Virus record (IMG/VR): IMGVR_UViG_3300035670_000160 | Location: 6,957-70,956 of that record | Length of the DNA: 64,000 nucleotides | Reading direction: 5' to 3' (one strand) | Source of the DNA: a virus | Shown: positions 8,849-18,841 of the stretch, piece after piece | Numbering within the stretch: position 1 is the first letter of the stretch | How the letters are laid out: every line of letters starts with the position of its first letter | Notes under the pieces: generated by a model | What the model was told of the DNA's origin: nothing | Database searches by the model: none | Seen by the model: the letters and a program-made list of their open reading frames with translations, nothing else | Position numbers and translations under genes: made by a program

Positions 8849-11800
8849 ATGGCAATTAGAGGTGGTTATGCTCCCCCCGGAGTTTATACAGAGTCTGTGT
8901 TTGAGTCTCCCACACCAACAGCAGGGGTTACAGGTCGTATCCCTTTGTTTATTGGTACAGGCGCAGATTCTGTTTCTGCAAAAGCACTCGTTGTTGTAAG
9001 AGGTTCCTCTGCAACAATTGACCAACAAATCGTAGAAGAAGACGCTGACGGCAGAATCGTCACAGGTGTCTTACCTAATGGTTCTTATACATTAGGCTCT
9101 TATAATGGAGTTCTCCGTCAAATCAGAACCCGCTTATTTCCCATCGTTACGGGAGATGGTTCGGGTACTACTGCGCGGAACTCCTCCTCGATTAGCGTCA
9201 CCATTAATGGTCAGAGTGTTGTTGTCGTCGCTCTAGATGCCGCACAAGGACTCTTAACTCTCTCACAAGCCCCTAAAGCTAATGATGATGTAAGAGTCTC
9301 TTATTTCTTTAAGAGAACTGACACATTTATTTCTGCGGAAGATGCCTCTCATCAGGTGTCCACCTCTCCTTCGGTGCTTTATGGAAGCTCAGGGAGCATG
9401 GCGATTACTTCGACTACCCGTACGCTCTTAGTGACTGTTGATGGGAGTCCTTATTCTGTGACTTTGCCGATTAAGTCCACAGATGTCGCCCGCGAGGATC
9501 ACCTTTCTGCGATTATCTCTAAGATTAACTCCTCTGCTTTGGGTTCCCTTGTTGCGTCTACATATACAGACCAAAAAGGAACTCTAAACCTTAAGCTCTC
9601 CGCGAGTGGCTCGATTTTAATCGGGAGCGGAGCTGCAAATGACGCTCTCGGTCTAATCCCAAATCAGACAGGCTCGGCTAGAAATACATCTATCTATACT
9701 GCATATAGCCCCATCGTAGATGGTTCTAACGCAGGTCGCACTACCACAGAAATAACTGATGTGCGTGTTTTAGTAGATGATGTAGAGGCTGTTATTTCCT
9801 CGGTGGATGGAGCTAATGGCGAGATTGTCTTAGCAACCCCGCCAAAGATTGGTCAGACTGTAAAAGTCTCCTATCACTATAACGCCTTCAAAGATAACTT
9901 TGACTATATCCCTGCACGAAATGTCGTGTCTGTAGATAGAGTCTCTCTTGTTCCTGCCGGTGGTGGTGCAAGCTCTCTCTTTATTGAAGGAGTTGATTGG
10001 GTTCAGAAGCAGGATAAGATTTATTGGGGAACTTTCGCAGATGTCTCTGTGGGGGGTACTCAGGAAGGACAGATTGCATTTGGTCCTACTCAAGTCTCAA
10101 CCGCACTTAAAGATGAGAAGATTTATAACGCTCTCTGTACGCCCTTTACGGACACCTCTGTTGTTCCCCCTCGCGTCTTAGCCAATAAGTTTGTATTACC
10201 CTTCCAGCCTACAGATGGAACGGGTTCTGCACTTCCTACATCTAGAACAGACTTGGTTAAAGTGCGTGTGGGTGTGTCTATTTCTGATGCACTCTCTCGC
10301 CCTGAGGTAGCTGTTGCGAGAGTTAATCCTTCAGATTCAACTATCGTACTGACAAACCCAATTCCACAGGGCTATTCAGTCTATGCAACCTTCTTCTATA
10401 ATAACATTCAAGACCAATTCGTTGATGCAGGGGGTGGTTATTCCCTCGCAGTTCGTTCTGTAGGTGCCTCAAACATCGGTACTTATACTCTGTCAAAGGG
10501 TGGTGTTGTACAGCTTGCTCCTAAGTACACGAGCAAGGGTTCTGCACTTACTCTTACAGACATTATATTCCCCTCTGGGACTGAACTTATTTCTGATGTT
10601 CGTATTGGAGCGGGGGTGCCCGTAGAGGAAGTCGCTACGATTACATTTAGCTCTTTTGAGCCAACACCCGCGATTTACACCTCAAACCTTCCTAGTCCGT
10701 ATCGCTTTATTGAGGGCGAGTCAGATAGTCTAGAGCTTGACGTAGATAATGGTGTAGATAAGTCAAAATCGGTACTCTTTTCAGACCCCACAGGATTGGG
10801 TTTTGAAGGATTCCTCGTTTCTGTCGTATCCGGTCCTTTCGTATATACGGCAGCCTCAGACAATTCAAACTTGGGTGATTCAGTCTCAGGTGACTTGTTC
10901 CTGAACATTGATGGTGCTTCAGTTTCTATTTCTGACACCTTCTTAAATGCCACCGCAGAAGATATAGCGGACGCTTTAAATACTGCATCTCAGTCTGTCC
11001 CCGCAACATATACTGCTATGACTGCCATGAACGCCCTCGCCATCGTAGCAGGGTCTTATGACGAGTTAAGCGTTCGTTATGTAGGAAATAATACGGGTGC
11101 TGTGACATATACACTCACAGTAACAGACCAAGCCTATTCTTCTGTGAACGCTTTAGCGAGCGAGGTTGAGGATCAGCTTGGGGCTCTGATTGCGGCAGAC
11201 CTTGACCCGAATAGACAAGACATCGTGATTGGAGTGACTTCAGATTTAAATCGCTTGAAGTTCACCCTCTCGACTTTGGCAACAGGGGACGACTACGGGT
11301 ATGTTGAGTTCGTTGAGCAGGCTGACCCAGAGACAGACTTCGCTTTGATAGCGGGTATAGATGTAGATAGCGCAGATGGCGCACAGACAAAGTTCGGCAT
11401 CCTTCCCATCGCAGAGGCTGTTTCTACAGATTTAAGCACCGAGAACAACGCGCTCAAAGACCGCTTGATCATCAGAAATAGAACCCTTCTTGGAAATAAC
11501 TATTATCCTTCAGTGGAATTAGGTGTTGAAGTAGTAAGTGGTTCTCTTCTAACTGAGTTTGGTTTGACCGCACAGAGTGTAGTTGCTCAGAAGAAGGCTG
11601 TCGTATCACCTGCAACTCTTCTATTAAGGGCGGGTTGGTCAGAGCAGTCAGAGACTACCTCTGCGCCAGCAATTGTATTCTATGACGGGACAGGTGATGA
11701 GGCCGCCAACAATGTACTGAATCTAGATATTTCTGGCAATCTATACTCAGTTGAGTTCGCCGCTTCTGCATCAGGCACAACCACCGACCTCTTTTCAGAT

Positions 11801-13675
11801 GGTTTAGGTGTGGGAGGTAGCGTTCAAGGTCAGCTAGGGGCGATTTTGTTAGGTGGCGGGTACTCTGTTAAAGTAGAGGGCGCGAACCTTCGTGTTGTGA
11901 GCGGAACGACTGATGACGACTACATCGCAGTCTTAGAGGGTTCTGCTAATGAAGTCTTAGGTATTTCTGAGGGTGTTGTAAGGACTCCTTCTCTTGTAGG
12001 AGCAGACGCTCTAGTCTCTGCCTTACTTGCTAGTGGTGAGTTTATTTCTACTGAAGCGTATTTGTTTGAGCCTAGCTCAGTTGCGGGTACGAGCTTCAGA
12101 GCAGATGCGATTGCTTATCCTACGACCAACACGATTGGTCAGAAATATGTGACCTTTGAGTCTTTGACTACAGGTTTATCCTCTATCTTGGACTTTACAG
12201 GTGGTAGCTCTATCACGACTGTGGGTACAGGTTTTGGAGTGACGACCTCGGATGGGGCTGTGGGTGAAGGTTCTTATCAGGGCTTCTATGTCACCTCAAG
12301 CAATCCGAAGGGTTCTGGCTCAATCAATACTTCGACCTTAAATGACGGGACAGGTCAAGATGGTGTTGTAGGTCAGACATATGTGGATAGCGTAACAGGC
12401 TTAACCTTCACTATCCTTGAGAGAGAGGGAGGTCAGACATATCCTACAGGCGCAAATGCTACGCTTACTTTTAAGGTGTCCAAGACGATTGTAGCGAATG
12501 CTAATATCCCTGTCTCTGTAATCCCCGGTGTTCAGTTAACTGTGGCGAATACGATTGGAACAGAGGTAGGGGATACTGCGATTGTAGAGACTTACAATAA
12601 GTCGGGTTCTGAGCCTAGTAATGGTTCAGAGTACTACATGGACATTACGAGGAGAAAGTCTAGCTACGCGACACAGGTCTTCACGAGTATTTCTGATGTA
12701 GTGGCTCAGTTTGGTGATATTTCTCCTGAGTCTCCTTTATCATTAGCCGCGTACATCGCCTTCCAAAACGGGACGGGTGCGATTGCTCTTAAGCAGATAC
12801 CTTTAGAGGCGGGTCAGACAGAGCCAACAACGGCGCAGTTTGCGGTAGCTCTTACAGAGACTGAGGGTCAGATTGCAGATGACTTATTCCCATCTGTGAT
12901 AGTGCCGTTAATTCCTGCTTCTAGTCAGCTTTTGTTGGATTTGTCTTCCCATTGTGACCTTCAATCTAGCATACGCTTCCGCGCGGAGCGTACTGCGATT
13001 GTTGGTGTCGCAGCGGGTACAATCCCTCAAGAAGCCGCAAGTTTGGCACTTGGTGTGAGGAACGCTCGTGTGAGACTTGTGTATCCCGATATAGCCAGCG
13101 TCTCTGTGACGAACTTAGTTGGTTTGACTCAGACTTTCATCGTAGATGGTCGTTATTTAGCTGTGGCTACCGCCTGTGCTACAACGAGGTCAACAGTAGA
13201 CGCAGCTACGCCTTGGACGAACACAGTCGTACAGGGCTTTAGTGGACTTCTTCGTACCTTAGACGCAGTTGACGCAAATAAGACTGCGAATAGTGGTGTG
13301 ACGATTATCCATCAGCAGGCAGGTGAGATTAAGATTCGACATGGTTTGACCACAGATATGAGTTCGATTTTAACTCAAGTTCCGACTGTGGTTCAGATTG
13401 CAGACTTTGTCCATGTATCTGCAAGAGACCTTCTTAACCCCTTCATAGGTTTGAAGTATTTACCTAGCGTAACGGGTCAGATAGAGGGTCGTGTGAACCA
13501 GATGTTCAAGAACCTTGTGTCTGAGCAGATTATTGATTCATATGCGAACTTGTCGGTGACAACTGACCCGAATGACCCAACCTCGTTGTTGGTGAATGTC
13601 TTCTATAAGCCCGTCTTCCCTCTACTCTATATTCAGTTCACTTTTAATATCACGAGCGCGATAGCCACCGCTTAA
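8849..13675 (+). CDS. contractile tail sheath protein (unusually large, with inserted beta-rich domains)
   Basis: N-terminal YAPPGVYTE..P.FIG; C-terminal IRHGLTT..VQIADFV..YKPVFPLLYIQFTF sheath signature; 1608 aa. Confidence 0.9.
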   Translation: MAIRGGYAPPGVYTESVFESPTPTAGVTGRIPLFIGTGADSVSAKALVVVRGSSATIDQQIVEEDADGRIVTGVLPNGSYTLGSYNGVLRQIRTRLFPIVTGDGSGTTARNSSSISVTINGQSVVVVALDAAQGLLTLSQAPKANDDVRVSYFFKRTDTFISAEDASHQVSTSPSVLYGSSGSMAITSTTRTLLVTVDGSPYSVTLPIKSTDVAREDHLSAIISKINSSALGSLVASTYTDQKGTLNLKLSASGSILIGSGAANDALGLIPNQTGSARNTSIYTAYSPIVDGSNAGRTTTEITDVRVLVDDVEAVISSVDGANGEIVLATPPKIGQTVKVSYHYNAFKDNFDYIPARNVVSVDRVSLVPAGGGASSLFIEGVDWVQKQDKIYWGTFADVSVGGTQEGQIAFGPTQVSTALKDEKIYNALCTPFTDTSVVPPRVLANKFVLPFQPTDGTGSALPTSRTDLVKVRVGVSISDALSRPEVAVARVNPSDSTIVLTNPIPQGYSVYATFFYNNIQDQFVDAGGGYSLAVRSVGASNIGTYTLSKGGVVQLAPKYTSKGSALTLTDIIFPSGTELISDVRIGAGVPVEEVATITFSSFEPTPAIYTSNLPSPYRFIEGESDSLELDVDNGVDKSKSVLFSDPTGLGFEGFLVSVVSGPFVYTAASDNSNLGDSVSGDLFLNIDGASVSISDTFLNATAEDIADALNTASQSVPATYTAMTAMNALAIVAGSYDELSVRYVGNNTGAVTYTLTVTDQAYSSVNALASEVEDQLGALIAADLDPNRQDIVIGVTSDLNRLKFTLSTLATGDDYGYVEFVEQADPETDFALIAGIDVDSADGAQTKFGILPIAEAVSTDLSTENNALKDRLIIRNRTLLGNNYYPSVELGVEVVSGSLLTEFGLTAQSVVAQKKAVVSPATLLLRAGWSEQSETTSAPAIVFYDGTGDEAANNVLNLDISGNLYSVEFAASASGTTTDLFSDGLGVGGSVQGQLGAILLGGGYSVKVEGANLRVVSGTTDDDYIAVLEGSANEVLGISEGVVRTPSLVGADALVSALLASGEFISTEAYLFEPSSVAGTSFRADAIAYPTTNTIGQKYVTFESLTTGLSSILDFTGGSSITTVGTGFGVTTSDGAVGEGSYQGFYVTSSNPKGSGSINTSTLNDGTGQDGVVGQTYVDSVTGLTFTILEREGGQTYPTGANATLTFKVSKTIVANANIPVSVIPGVQLTVANTIGTEVGDTAIVETYNKSGSEPSNGSEYYMDITRRKSSYATQVFTSISDVVAQFGDISPESPLSLAAYIAFQNGTGAIALKQIPLEAGQTEPTTAQFAVALTETEGQIADDLFPSVIVPLIPASSQLLLDLSSHCDLQSSIRFRAERTAIVGVAAGTIPQEAASLALGVRNARVRLVYPDIASVSVTNLVGLTQTFIVDGRYLAVATACATTRSTVDAATPWTNTVVQGFSGLLRTLDAVDANKTANSGVTIIHQQAGEIKIRHGLTTDMSSILTQVPTVVQIADFVHVSARDLLNPFIGLKYLPSVTGQIEGRVNQMFKNLVSEQIIDSYANLSVTTDPNDPTSLLVNVFYKPVFPLLYIQFTFNITSAIATA

Positions 13676-13686
13676 ATTTAAGGGCA

Positions 13687-15672
13687 TTAAGCCTGTACGA
13701 TTGTAAGATATTCTTTACGGGGCTGGTAAATATCAGCCTCGGTAAATTTCACATCTCTTGTTTGGTTTAGTCGGTCAAGAGTTTTCAAATGCTCTCTGCT
13801 GAGAGCTTTGCTTTCTTTCTTGCGGACTAGACCTTCTTCAATAATCTTAAAACCTTGTGTTGTGCAGGTTTTACGGATTACTGCATTTATTTCTTCCGCG
13901 TGAGGGTAAATGTAAGTGTCCTCATCTAGCTGATGTCCAAAGCGAGATATATTTATATTAATATATTCGTCATCTCTTGTAGAGAGCTTCAAAAGACTTG
14001 CGGGTTCTCCTATGCTGTTTTTTATAGCAATCTTAATATTTTCTACGAGGCTTTCGACTTTCTTTGCGAGCTTAAACTTCTCAGGCGAAGCATCCACTTG
14101 AACTTTCTTGTTTGTGTGCTTCGCAATCAAAGCAGCTGCTAGATTAGGTGCTTTCTTTGTGTCTGTATTTAGCACCGCCGCCATGATTGCGAGCGCGTCT
14201 TTATTTAGAACTATCGTGTTTGAAAGCACTCGATAAATAGGAAGACCCGTATTCATTTCTATCTGAGCAGATATTTCATAACTTGCGTCAATCTCCTCAA
14301 ACATCTCCTTCAGCTTCTGACCAATCTGGTCTGCTGTAGTTCCAAAGACTGCTTTTGTGGCATTTTCTAGCCACTCGTCAACCAACTTTAAGTCATTTGT
14401 GTCCGCTGTATCATTTCCTATGGCAGAGGTTTTTACCTCTAGGTAGTTACGCAAGCGTCCTATTGTCTTAGATAAGTTTTCCCAACCGACTAACACATCG
14501 GATACCGAGTTAGGTGATGGGAGCTTATCTAGAGTCTGCTTGATGTCTAGTTCTTTCCCGTACTGATGATAAATCTTATTATAACTCACCCCAAAGAAAG
14601 GAATACTCCCGTCATATCCCGAAGAGACATTTCCTGCGAGAGACTCTAATGAATCCCTAATAAGTTTCTGAGTGGCGCTGTCTGTTCCTTGTGGGTAAAT
14701 GACATTTACCTGTTGATTGCCAAACTCAAAGTCTAGCTTGATAGATACTCTTCTGGGGACTCTTTGTTTTATGATTTGAATGACATCAGACTTGAAGTTT
14801 TCTTCCTCTATGAAGGATAGTTTTTCTTTGAGGGTGTTAAAAGATTTCTGAGAAAACGAAAAGAATTCTTCCGAAGGTTTGGTCGAGATAGGTTCAGGGG
14901 CGAGTGCCGCATCTTCTTCAACAGCTTTCGGAATAACTTGCTTCTTGGCTTTTTGAAGACCCGCCGCCTGCTCTGCCTCCCTAAGCCTAATAATTATTTC
15001 TTTCTTTTTTCGACCGAGGTCAGAAATATCAACCTTTAGAGTTTTCGCTCTCTCGCGGAGCATAGCAAGAGTGACTACATTTTCAGGAGTCTCCTCTGTT
15101 TCTCTAATTGTAGTCTTCACACTCTCTAAATCTTCCTTTTTAGACTCCTTCAACTCGTCTATCTTCTCAACAACCTGAACCACCCTTTTCTTAGTGGGGT
15201 TCTTCTGTACATTTGCTTTCTCAGATGTGTGTTCTTTCAGCGATAGAGGGAACTTACGAATGTAGCGGGTATAGACTTCGCGAGCTATCTCATTGGCTTT
15301 CTCGGTAAGTTTTCTCTGAGCCTCTTCAGTCTTGCCCCTTCTCCCTAAAGAAATATACTCAGCTAGGGAGCTGTTACTAAATCCATGTGTATGGACTTGG
15401 AAGAAGTAAAGTGCGAATAGCTTAGGGGACAACATAGTGTATGTTGTGTTGTCCTCTGCGCTCAACTTAGTCATCGCCTTAACATCAAGCGTTAGAAATC
15501 TCTTCCAAACGCTGTCTGCTAAAGCATTTAGCTTTAAGATAACTGCTTCTTTTTTCTCAGGTGTGTCTGCTTTTCTCGCTTTTGAGACTAGACTTTTGAC
15601 AGAAGTCTTAGATAATCCTAAGCGATTAATTTGGTCAACTATAATAAATAGAACGGAAGCGTGTGGCTGCAT
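13687..15672 (-). CDS. large hypothetical protein containing HeH/SAP-like motif
   Basis: long ORF (track start 15705); LAMLRERAKTLKVDISDLGRKKKEIIIRL. Confidence 0.6.
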   Translation of the reverse strand: MQPHASVLFIIVDQINRLGLSKTSVKSLVSKARKADTPEKKEAVILKLNALADSVWKRFLTLDVKAMTKLSAEDNTTYTMLSPKLFALYFFQVHTHGFSNSSLAEYISLGRRGKTEEAQRKLTEKANEIAREVYTRYIRKFPLSLKEHTSEKANVQKNPTKKRVVQVVEKIDELKESKKEDLESVKTTIRETEETPENVVTLAMLRERAKTLKVDISDLGRKKKEIIIRLREAEQAAGLQKAKKQVIPKAVEEDAALAPEPISTKPSEEFFSFSQKSFNTLKEKLSFIEEENFKSDVIQIIKQRVPRRVSIKLDFEFGNQQVNVIYPQGTDSATQKLIRDSLESLAGNVSSGYDGSIPFFGVSYNKIYHQYGKELDIKQTLDKLPSPNSVSDVLVGWENLSKTIGRLRNYLEVKTSAIGNDTADTNDLKLVDEWLENATKAVFGTTADQIGQKLKEMFEEIDASYEISAQIEMNTGLPIYRVLSNTIVLNKDALAIMAAVLNTDTKKAPNLAAALIAKHTNKKVQVDASPEKFKLAKKVESLVENIKIAIKNSIGEPASLLKLSTRDDEYININISRFGHQLDEDTYIYPHAEEINAVIRKTCTTQGFKIIEEGLVRKKESKALSREHLKTLDRLNQTRDVKFTEADIYQPRKEYLTIVQA

Positions 15673-15718
15673 AGTATCCCCTTTGAGTGTTATCAAAGGG
15701 GACACATCAATAAAAACT

Positions 15719-16279
15719 CTATTTCAGAAGAAATCTCTTTCTAGAAATAGGCGCGTATCCAAAACCCGGATCAATAGAGTTACCCTCCGTTATCTGTTTT
15801 CCAAACTCATCAATCTTCATATTAAAAGTCGCCCTAACTGCAACCTCACTCTCTACACAGAAAGTACCTATTGTCTCAATCTCATCAGACCATGCCATCA
15901 AATAGGTGCTACCCTCAAAAGGTTCTCCTTTAAAGTCAGTCCTTAAGCCATATGCAAATACGGGAATCTGAAGACGATCCACGATTTTTGTTAAGCCCAA
16001 GACTTGAGACCGACTTAAGAATTGAGATTCATCTACAAACACAACTTTAACTGCGCTTTGATTCTCTATCCAAGTAAAAGGACACTCATCTTCTCTTAAA
16101 GAGTACGCCTCTTGTGTAAACCCCACTCTAGAGGCTACCTTTGAGATAGAATCTCTTGCAGAGGCTATATAAGGCACTATCACTCGATACTCTATGTTCC
16201 TCTCAAAACAAGAGTGCGCCCTCATGATCAGATTTGCGCTTTTCCCCGAATTAACTGTAGAGTAAATAAACTTTAACAT
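15719..16279 (-). CDS. tdk: thymidine kinase
   Basis: YSTVNSGKS P-loop, VFVDESQFL, YGLRTDFKGEPFEGS. Confidence 0.93.
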   Translation of the reverse strand: MLKFIYSTVNSGKSANLIMRAHSCFERNIEYRVIVPYIASARDSISKVASRVGFTQEAYSLREDECPFTWIENQSAVKVVFVDESQFLSRSQVLGLTKIVDRLQIPVFAYGLRTDFKGEPFEGSTYLMAWSDEIETIGTFCVESEVAVRATFNMKIDEFGKQITEGNSIDPGFGYAPISRKRFLLK

Positions 16280-16890
16280 TAAATCCCACCTAATGCGATT
16301 CTCTTGATTTCTTCAATGTGTCGTGAGACACGACGAGCATCTAGACTTCTGATTTTTGAAATCTGACTCACCTTTACTCCGTCTAAAAGGTCTTTAAATA
16401 CAATCTTTGCATCTCCTTTTAGCTTTTGGTATATCTCCTCAATATTGAGGTCGGCGGTTGTATCCAGATTAGAGGGCAATCCTAAGAGATAAGGCTCGTT
16501 TTCTATCGAGTCCTCTTGACCATGCTTCTCTACTACATTTCTAGCGCCATACTTATTAACATAGTTGATGGTTACACACTTTGCAACCATCACTACATAT
16601 GTTGAGAAAGCAGACTTACTAGGGTCGTAAGGACACTCCCCATTATTTCTAATCAGTATCCCTTTGTAAACTTCTTGTAAGACCTCTTCAGGGTCACACT
16701 TATTTTCAATGCACATCTTTGCACATTGCGCCATAAATAACTTTTTGACCTCATGGAACCTCTTGTTTAAGTCTACACCAAGTTTAGGCTTTTTCACAGC
16801 CTGTGGCTTCTTGAAACTGAACTCTGAAAGGGCGATAACTCCAAGCTGCCAAATTTTCCTGTCAGATTTCTGATATGTCTGCATGGACAT
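16279..16890 (-). CDS. phage sigma-70-family factor
   Basis: region 2-like DPEEVLQEVY..YDPSKSAFSTYV; C-terminal HTH. Confidence 0.8.
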   Translation of the reverse strand: MSMQTYQKSDRKIWQLGVIALSEFSFKKPQAVKKPKLGVDLNKRFHEVKKLFMAQCAKMCIENKCDPEEVLQEVYKGILIRNNGECPYDPSKSAFSTYVVMVAKCVTINYVNKYGARNVVEKHGQEDSIENEPYLLGLPSNLDTTADLNIEEIYQKLKGDAKIVFKDLLDGVKVSQISKIRSLDARRVSRHIEEIKRIALGGI

Positions 16891-16953
16891 CTCCTCTATA
16901 GGTGTTTGTCGCTTCGGTGTATTTCTTTAACCCTCTCTTAGGAAAGCTGTCAA

Positions 16954-17973
16954 GTGGAACTCTTTAATATAATTAACAAGCTCTCTATCTTGGAGTCTGA
17001 AGGGATATTAAACCCCTCAGATATTTTCAAGCGTCACTCCTTCTCTCATGTTGAATCCGTCTTGGTCTGTTATGAGACTGCTCTCCGTTATGGAGTCCCC
17101 TCAAGCCAAGCCCAAGAGATTCTCTCTTCCCTAGAGATTATTTCTAAGCCTGAGATTATTTCTAATCCTGAGGATGTTTCTAAGCCTGAGGATGTTTCTA
17201 AGCCTGAGGATGTTTCTAATCCCCTTGCTGATGAGTACCCCATTCTTAATCAGGTCATCACTAAGAATCTCAAAGCTCTTTGGCAGAGTAAGCCTTTCTT
17301 ATTGACTCCTAAAGACATCTCCCGCCTCGCGAACATAGAACTCACTAGAGAGCTATCGGCAGGGATTACAGCCTACTTCAGAGATACCCATAATATCATG
17401 GGTTCTTTGGTTGTGGATTATACTCGTCCTGCAAAAACTCGTACTCGTGAGTATCTTGTATCATTCAAGCAGGATATGAGAGAGCTTTGGTCTAACTTGT
17501 CGGGACTTCCTCAGTCTCCACAAGGTTTACCTATCTTAATTTTTGACTACCTTGATGGTACGGAAGATGGCTTTCGTTGGTTCAAGAATGGGGAAGAATT
17601 TTATATTCAGATTGACCACAAGGAGTTATACTTCTTTAAAGAAAAGCTGAGTGAGTGTTTTCAGCTTGCGTATGGGACTCCGCTCTTTGGGGATTTAATT
17701 CCCAATACCCCCTTTAACAAGTATCTTTTAGACCTAGCATTTAAAGCCACTTTCCCCCCTGTTTCTCTGAAGTCTTTTGTTCGTGACCGCGCGCCTTTGA
17801 GGACAGAAGAGAAATACGCGAAGCTGGAGACCCTGTTAAAAGAGGCTCATGGGAGTATGACTTTTACGCAAGGGGTTATTTCTGAGCCTCATAAGTTGAA
17901 CTCAACTTTCTGTGGTTTCTCTTATCTAGTGCTTGCAACTTTGTTTGGATACCTTATAGATGAGATACACTAA
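16954..17973 (+). CDS. hypothetical protein with short tandem repeat
   Basis: 339-aa ORF with (E.[IV]S[KN]P) repeats. Confidence 0.6.
   Translation: MELFNIINKLSILESEGILNPSDIFKRHSFSHVESVLVCYETALRYGVPSSQAQEILSSLEIISKPEIISNPEDVSKPEDVSKPEDVSNPLADEYPILNQVITKNLKALWQSKPFLLTPKDISRLANIELTRELSAGITAYFRDTHNIMGSLVVDYTRPAKTRTREYLVSFKQDMRELWSNLSGLPQSPQGLPILIFDYLDGTEDGFRWFKNGEEFYIQIDHKELYFFKEKLSECFQLAYGTPLFGDLIPNTPFNKYLLDLAFKATFPPVSLKSFVRDRAPLRTEEKYAKLETLLKEAHGSMTFTQGVISEPHKLNSTFCGFSYLVLATLFGYLIDEIH
17134..17223 (+). repeat. 18-bp tandem repeat x5 (in frame)
   Basis: GAG(ATTA/GATG)TTTCTAA(G/T)CC(T/C) units. Confidence 0.85.
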
Positions 17974-17991
17974 GACACAAGGAGAAATAAG

Positions 17992-18174
17992 ATGGCTATG
18001 ATGAAGACAGGGAATCCGATACCGACAGCACCGACCGAGAAGGTTCAGGGTTATTTAGACGCTATGGCAGACAAGCCTGCTGCGAACCAAAATGACCCTG
18101 TTTATATGTCGGGTTATCATCTCGCCCAACGAGTCAAGAAGGGCGAAGAGACCGCACCTGTATGGGCAATGTAA
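17992..18174 (+). CDS. small hypothetical protein
   Basis: AAGGAG SD; 60 aa. Confidence 0.55.
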   Translation: MAMMKTGNPIPTAPTEKVQGYLDAMADKPAANQNDPVYMSGYHLAQRVKKGEETAPVWAM

Positions 18175-18839
18175 ATGATTGGTTGAGTAAGGGGTTTTCA
18201 CCTCCTTCTCAACATCAATCTTATCTCCGTTCTCGTGGAGTCTATGAGAAAACATCTCTTGAGTTCTTCTCTTGGACACCCCCCGATTCGGGAAGCCCTT
18301 GCCCTAAGTTTGCGAGTCACTTTGGGGCTTTAGGGCTTCGACTAAAAGAACACTTGATTATACCTGTGCGAAGCCCTCGTGGGAACATACTAGGTTTTGA
18401 AGCCAGATTGATAGAGGCGGATGGCTCTAAGAAGGTCAATCAATATCGCACAGCACAAGCGGAGTGGAACCCTTATTTCTTAGGTGCGGAGAAGGCGTTT
18501 GAAGCCTTATGGCAAGGGGCAGATATTTGGATTGTTGAGGGTGCTTTTGATATGGTAGCTCTTGAAAGAGTAGTGCCCTCTTGTGATGCCGTTATTTCTA
18601 CCCTTCGTGCGGGCATGGATGTGTTGAGTATAGAGATGATTTCTCGTTTCTATACCGCTCACTCAACCATTCATATCTGTTATGATAATGATGAGACAGG
18701 CAGAAATAAAGCCACATCTCTATACCACACTCTTAAGAAACAAGGGCTGAGAGTGACCTTGCCCAAATATAGAGGAAAAGACCCTAATGAAGTGTGGAAA
18801 GCTGGCGGAGATTCTCTATTAAGGCGTTATTTCTTGTAA
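18162..18839 (+). CDS. DNA primase, Toprim catalytic core (no zinc-binding domain)
   Basis: YLRSRG, IIPVRSPRGNILGFEAR, IVEGAFD, CYDNDETG, KDPNE. Confidence 0.88.
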   Translation: MGNVNDWLSKGFSPPSQHQSYLRSRGVYEKTSLEFFSWTPPDSGSPCPKFASHFGALGLRLKEHLIIPVRSPRGNILGFEARLIEADGSKKVNQYRTAQAEWNPYFLGAEKAFEALWQGADIWIVEGAFDMVALERVVPSCDAVISTLRAGMDVLSIEMISRFYTAHSTIHICYDNDETGRNKATSLYHTLKKQGLRVTLPKYRGKDPNEVWKAGGDSLLRRYFL

Positions 18840-18841
18840 GA

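Noticed and set aside
15437-15946. Antisense or alternate-frame ORFs such as 734-1171, 15437-15946, 18906-19292, 47702-48139 and 51770-52183
   Set aside because: They lie opposite or inside well-supported genes and have Ser/Phe/Leu-rich shadow composition with no motifs.
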